A stretch of DNA of 32,000 bases from Desulfocapsa sulfexigens DSM 10523 (lineage in GTDB: Bacteria > Desulfobacterota > Desulfobulbia > Desulfobulbales > Desulfocapsaceae), in NCBI RefSeq assembly GCF_000341395.1, contig NC_020304.1:2310001-2342000 (forward strand), read 5' to 3'. Positions 30,084 to 32,000 of this stretch are shown piece after piece. The notes under the pieces were generated by a model. That model did not search any database, was not told where the DNA came from, and worked only from the letters and a program-made list of their open reading frames with translations. The first letter of the stretch is position 1, and the number at the start of each line of letters is the position of its first letter. The translations under genes and the position numbers were made by a program.

Positions 30084-31796
30084 ATGAGATTTTCCAAATC
30101 ACTGATTCCCACACTTAAAGAGACCCCTGCAGAGGCAGAGGTTGTCAGTCATCGCCTCCTGTTGCGAGCTGGTTTTATACGAAAACTCACAGCAGGTATT
30201 TACACCTACCTTCCCCTTGGCCTTGCTGCCATTAGAAAGGTAGAGCAAATTGTACGAGAAGAGATGACACGGGCAGGGGCTCAGGAACTTCTCATGCCCA
30301 TGGTTCAGCCGGCAGACCTTTGGCACGAAACGGGTCGCTATAAGAAATACGGGCCCGAATTGCTTCGTTTTGTCGACAGGCATGATCGTGAATCCTGTCT
30401 TGGTCCAACCCACGAAGAAGTTATCACTGATCTGGCGCGGCGTGAAATCCGATCTTATCGTGACCTTCCCATGAATCTGTACCAGATACAGACAAAATTC
30501 AGGGATGAGATCAGACCTCGATTTGGGCTGATGCGTGGTCGTGAATTCATTATGAAAGATGCATATTCCTTTGATGTTGATGATAGTACGGCAGAGGAAT
30601 CCTATCAGTGCATGTATGATGCCTATAAAAGGATATTTACGCGTTGTGGACTGGAGTATCGCCCCGTCGAAGCAGATTCAGGAACCATCGGAGGGAGTTT
30701 CTCCCATGAGTTTATGGTCCTGGCTGACACCGGTGAGGACACCCTGGTGATCTGTTCCGGTTGTGACTATGCTGCTAACAGTGAAAAAGCCGTAGTTGCA
30801 GCACCTGGAAGAGACGAAAGTCCCATGCTCCCTCTGGAGAAAATGGAAACGCCCGGTAAGCGAAAAGTTTCCGCGGTGTGCGAATTCATGGGGATTTCTC
30901 CCAAAGAACTTGTCAAAACCATGGTGTATAAGGCAGGTGAGGAAGCCGTTGCGGTACTTGTCCGTGGAGATCGTGAGGTGCAGGAGGTGAAACTCAAGAA
31001 CTTTCTTGGTGTTGTCGATGTTGAGATGCTTGATGATAAAGATGTCTTCGCTGCAACCGGTGTTCCAACAGGATATCTTGGTCCTGTCGGCATCAAGGTA
31101 AAGCTTCTGGTTGATAATGAGGTTGCGGCCATGTGCAATTTTGTGGTTGGTGCCAATGAAAAGAATCATCACCTGAAAAATGTGAACATGGGAAGGGATT
31201 TTGAGCCATTTGGCGTGGCTGATTTACGTCAGATCACCGTTGACGATCCGTGTCCCGTATGTGGTGGCGTCCTCACCATGAAAGAGGGCATAGAAGTCGG
31301 CCATGTATTTAAGCTGGGTACCGGATATTCCAAGGCTATGAACGCAGTTTTTCAGGACAGTGACGGCCAGGATAAACCCATGGTTATGGGATGCTATGGT
31401 ATTGGCGTGAGTCGAATCGTGGCGGCTGCCATTGAGCAGAATCATGACGAAAATGGAATGATTTTTCCCATGCCTCTTGCTCCCATGCAGGTGATCGTTT
31501 TGAATCTCGGTTTGAAGAATGAGCAGATCACCGGGGCTGCAGAGGCACTGTATAGGGATCTGGAGGAAAAAGGAATTGATGTTCTCCTGGATGATCGGGA
31601 CGAACGTCCGGGATCAAAATTCAAGGATGCTGATCTGCTTGGCATTCCACTACGTCTCACCGTAGGAAAACGTCTCACGCAGGATGGAGTCATTGAACTT
31701 CGATCCCGTAGAGATGGTAAGGTCGAAGAACTTGCACCGCAACAGGTGGTTGCAAGGGTACGTGAGTTAATAGAAGCAGCAATGATCAATGGTTGA
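30084..31796 (+). CDS. proS: Prolyl-tRNA synthetase
   Basis: 570 aa; [53 protein letters not shown]...PTHEEVIT...[10 protein letters not shown]. Confidence 0.98.
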   Translation: MRFSKSLIPTLKETPAEAEVVSHRLLLRAGFIRKLTAGIYTYLPLGLAAIRKVEQIVREEMTRAGAQELLMPMVQPADLWHETGRYKKYGPELLRFVDRHDRESCLGPTHEEVITDLARREIRSYRDLPMNLYQIQTKFRDEIRPRFGLMRGREFIMKDAYSFDVDDSTAEESYQCMYDAYKRIFTRCGLEYRPVEADSGTIGGSFSHEFMVLADTGEDTLVICSGCDYAANSEKAVVAAPGRDESPMLPLEKMETPGKRKVSAVCEFMGISPKELVKTMVYKAGEEAVAVLVRGDREVQEVKLKNFLGVVDVEMLDDKDVFAATGVPTGYLGPVGIKVKLLVDNEVAAMCNFVVGANEKNHHLKNVNMGRDFEPFGVADLRQITVDDPCPVCGGVLTMKEGIEVGHVFKLGTGYSKAMNAVFQDSDGQDKPMVMGCYGIGVSRIVAAAIEQNHDENGMIFPMPLAPMQVIVLNLGLKNEQITGAAEALYRDLEEKGIDVLLDDRDERPGSKFKDADLLGIPLRLTVGKRLTQDGVIELRSRRDGKVEELAPQQVVARVRELIEAAMING

Positions 31797-32000
31797 CAGC
31801 GAGAAAAATGATTTTATGGTGAGTCAGGATGGTCTGAAGATTCTGACCAGGACCTATCTTAATGGGATGGATCTCAGTCCCATTGATAAAGCTTGGGATC
31901 TTGTTGTCGCCACCCATTCTGATAAACAGCATTTCTCAGGGACCCCCTATCTGGATCATACCCTGCACGTTGCTTCCACCCTGGCCTCCATGCATCTGGA
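31789..32000 (+). CDS. RelA/SpoT-like N-terminal HD-domain protein, partial (3' end outside window)
   Basis: Hand translation: [70 protein letters not shown]; resembles the A..H..Q.R.SG.PY..HPL.VA..LA pattern of (p)ppGpp synthetase/hydrolase HD domains; start ATG 31789 or 31816. Confidence 0.65.
   Translation, partial: MVDSEKNDFMVSQDGLKILTRTYLNGMDLSPIDKAWDLVVATHSDKQHFSGTPYLDHTLHVASTLASMHL

Noticed and set aside
1-32000. CRISPR arrays, transposases, integrases, phage genes, toxin-antitoxin or defence modules
   Set aside because: No regularly spaced repeats, terminal inverted repeats with transposase ORFs, or accessory gene families seen. Every substantial + strand gene is accounted for by core functions apart from the YkgJ-family gene.

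Overview
This window is a conserved housekeeping locus on the + strand, and I found no mobile, defence, CRISPR or biosynthetic system in it. It runs from the 3' end of rpoC through str (rpsL-rpsG-fusA-tuf), S10, spc and alpha-type ribosomal protein clusters (rpsJ to rplQ). Next comes a lone YkgJ-family cysteine-cluster gene, then a second conserved block: rpsB-tsf-pyrH-frr-uppS-cdsA-dxr-rseP-tsaB-ispG-proS. It ends in the start of a RelA/SpoT-like HD-domain gene. Gene content and protein style look like a Desulfobacterota/Desulfobulbales-type anaerobe, but that placement is inference. The less ordinary material is non-coding: (i) a very long perfect hairpin followed by tandem predicted hairpins between rpsB and tsf; (ii) a terminator-shaped structure inside the spc operon between rpsE and rpmD; (iii) a 164-nt hairpin-bearing gap before rpsD; (iv) the YkgJ gene starting about 17 nt after a strong terminator; (v) non-AUG starts on five ribosomal protein genes, all of them 30S. 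All hairpins were found by eye, with no folding energies computed.
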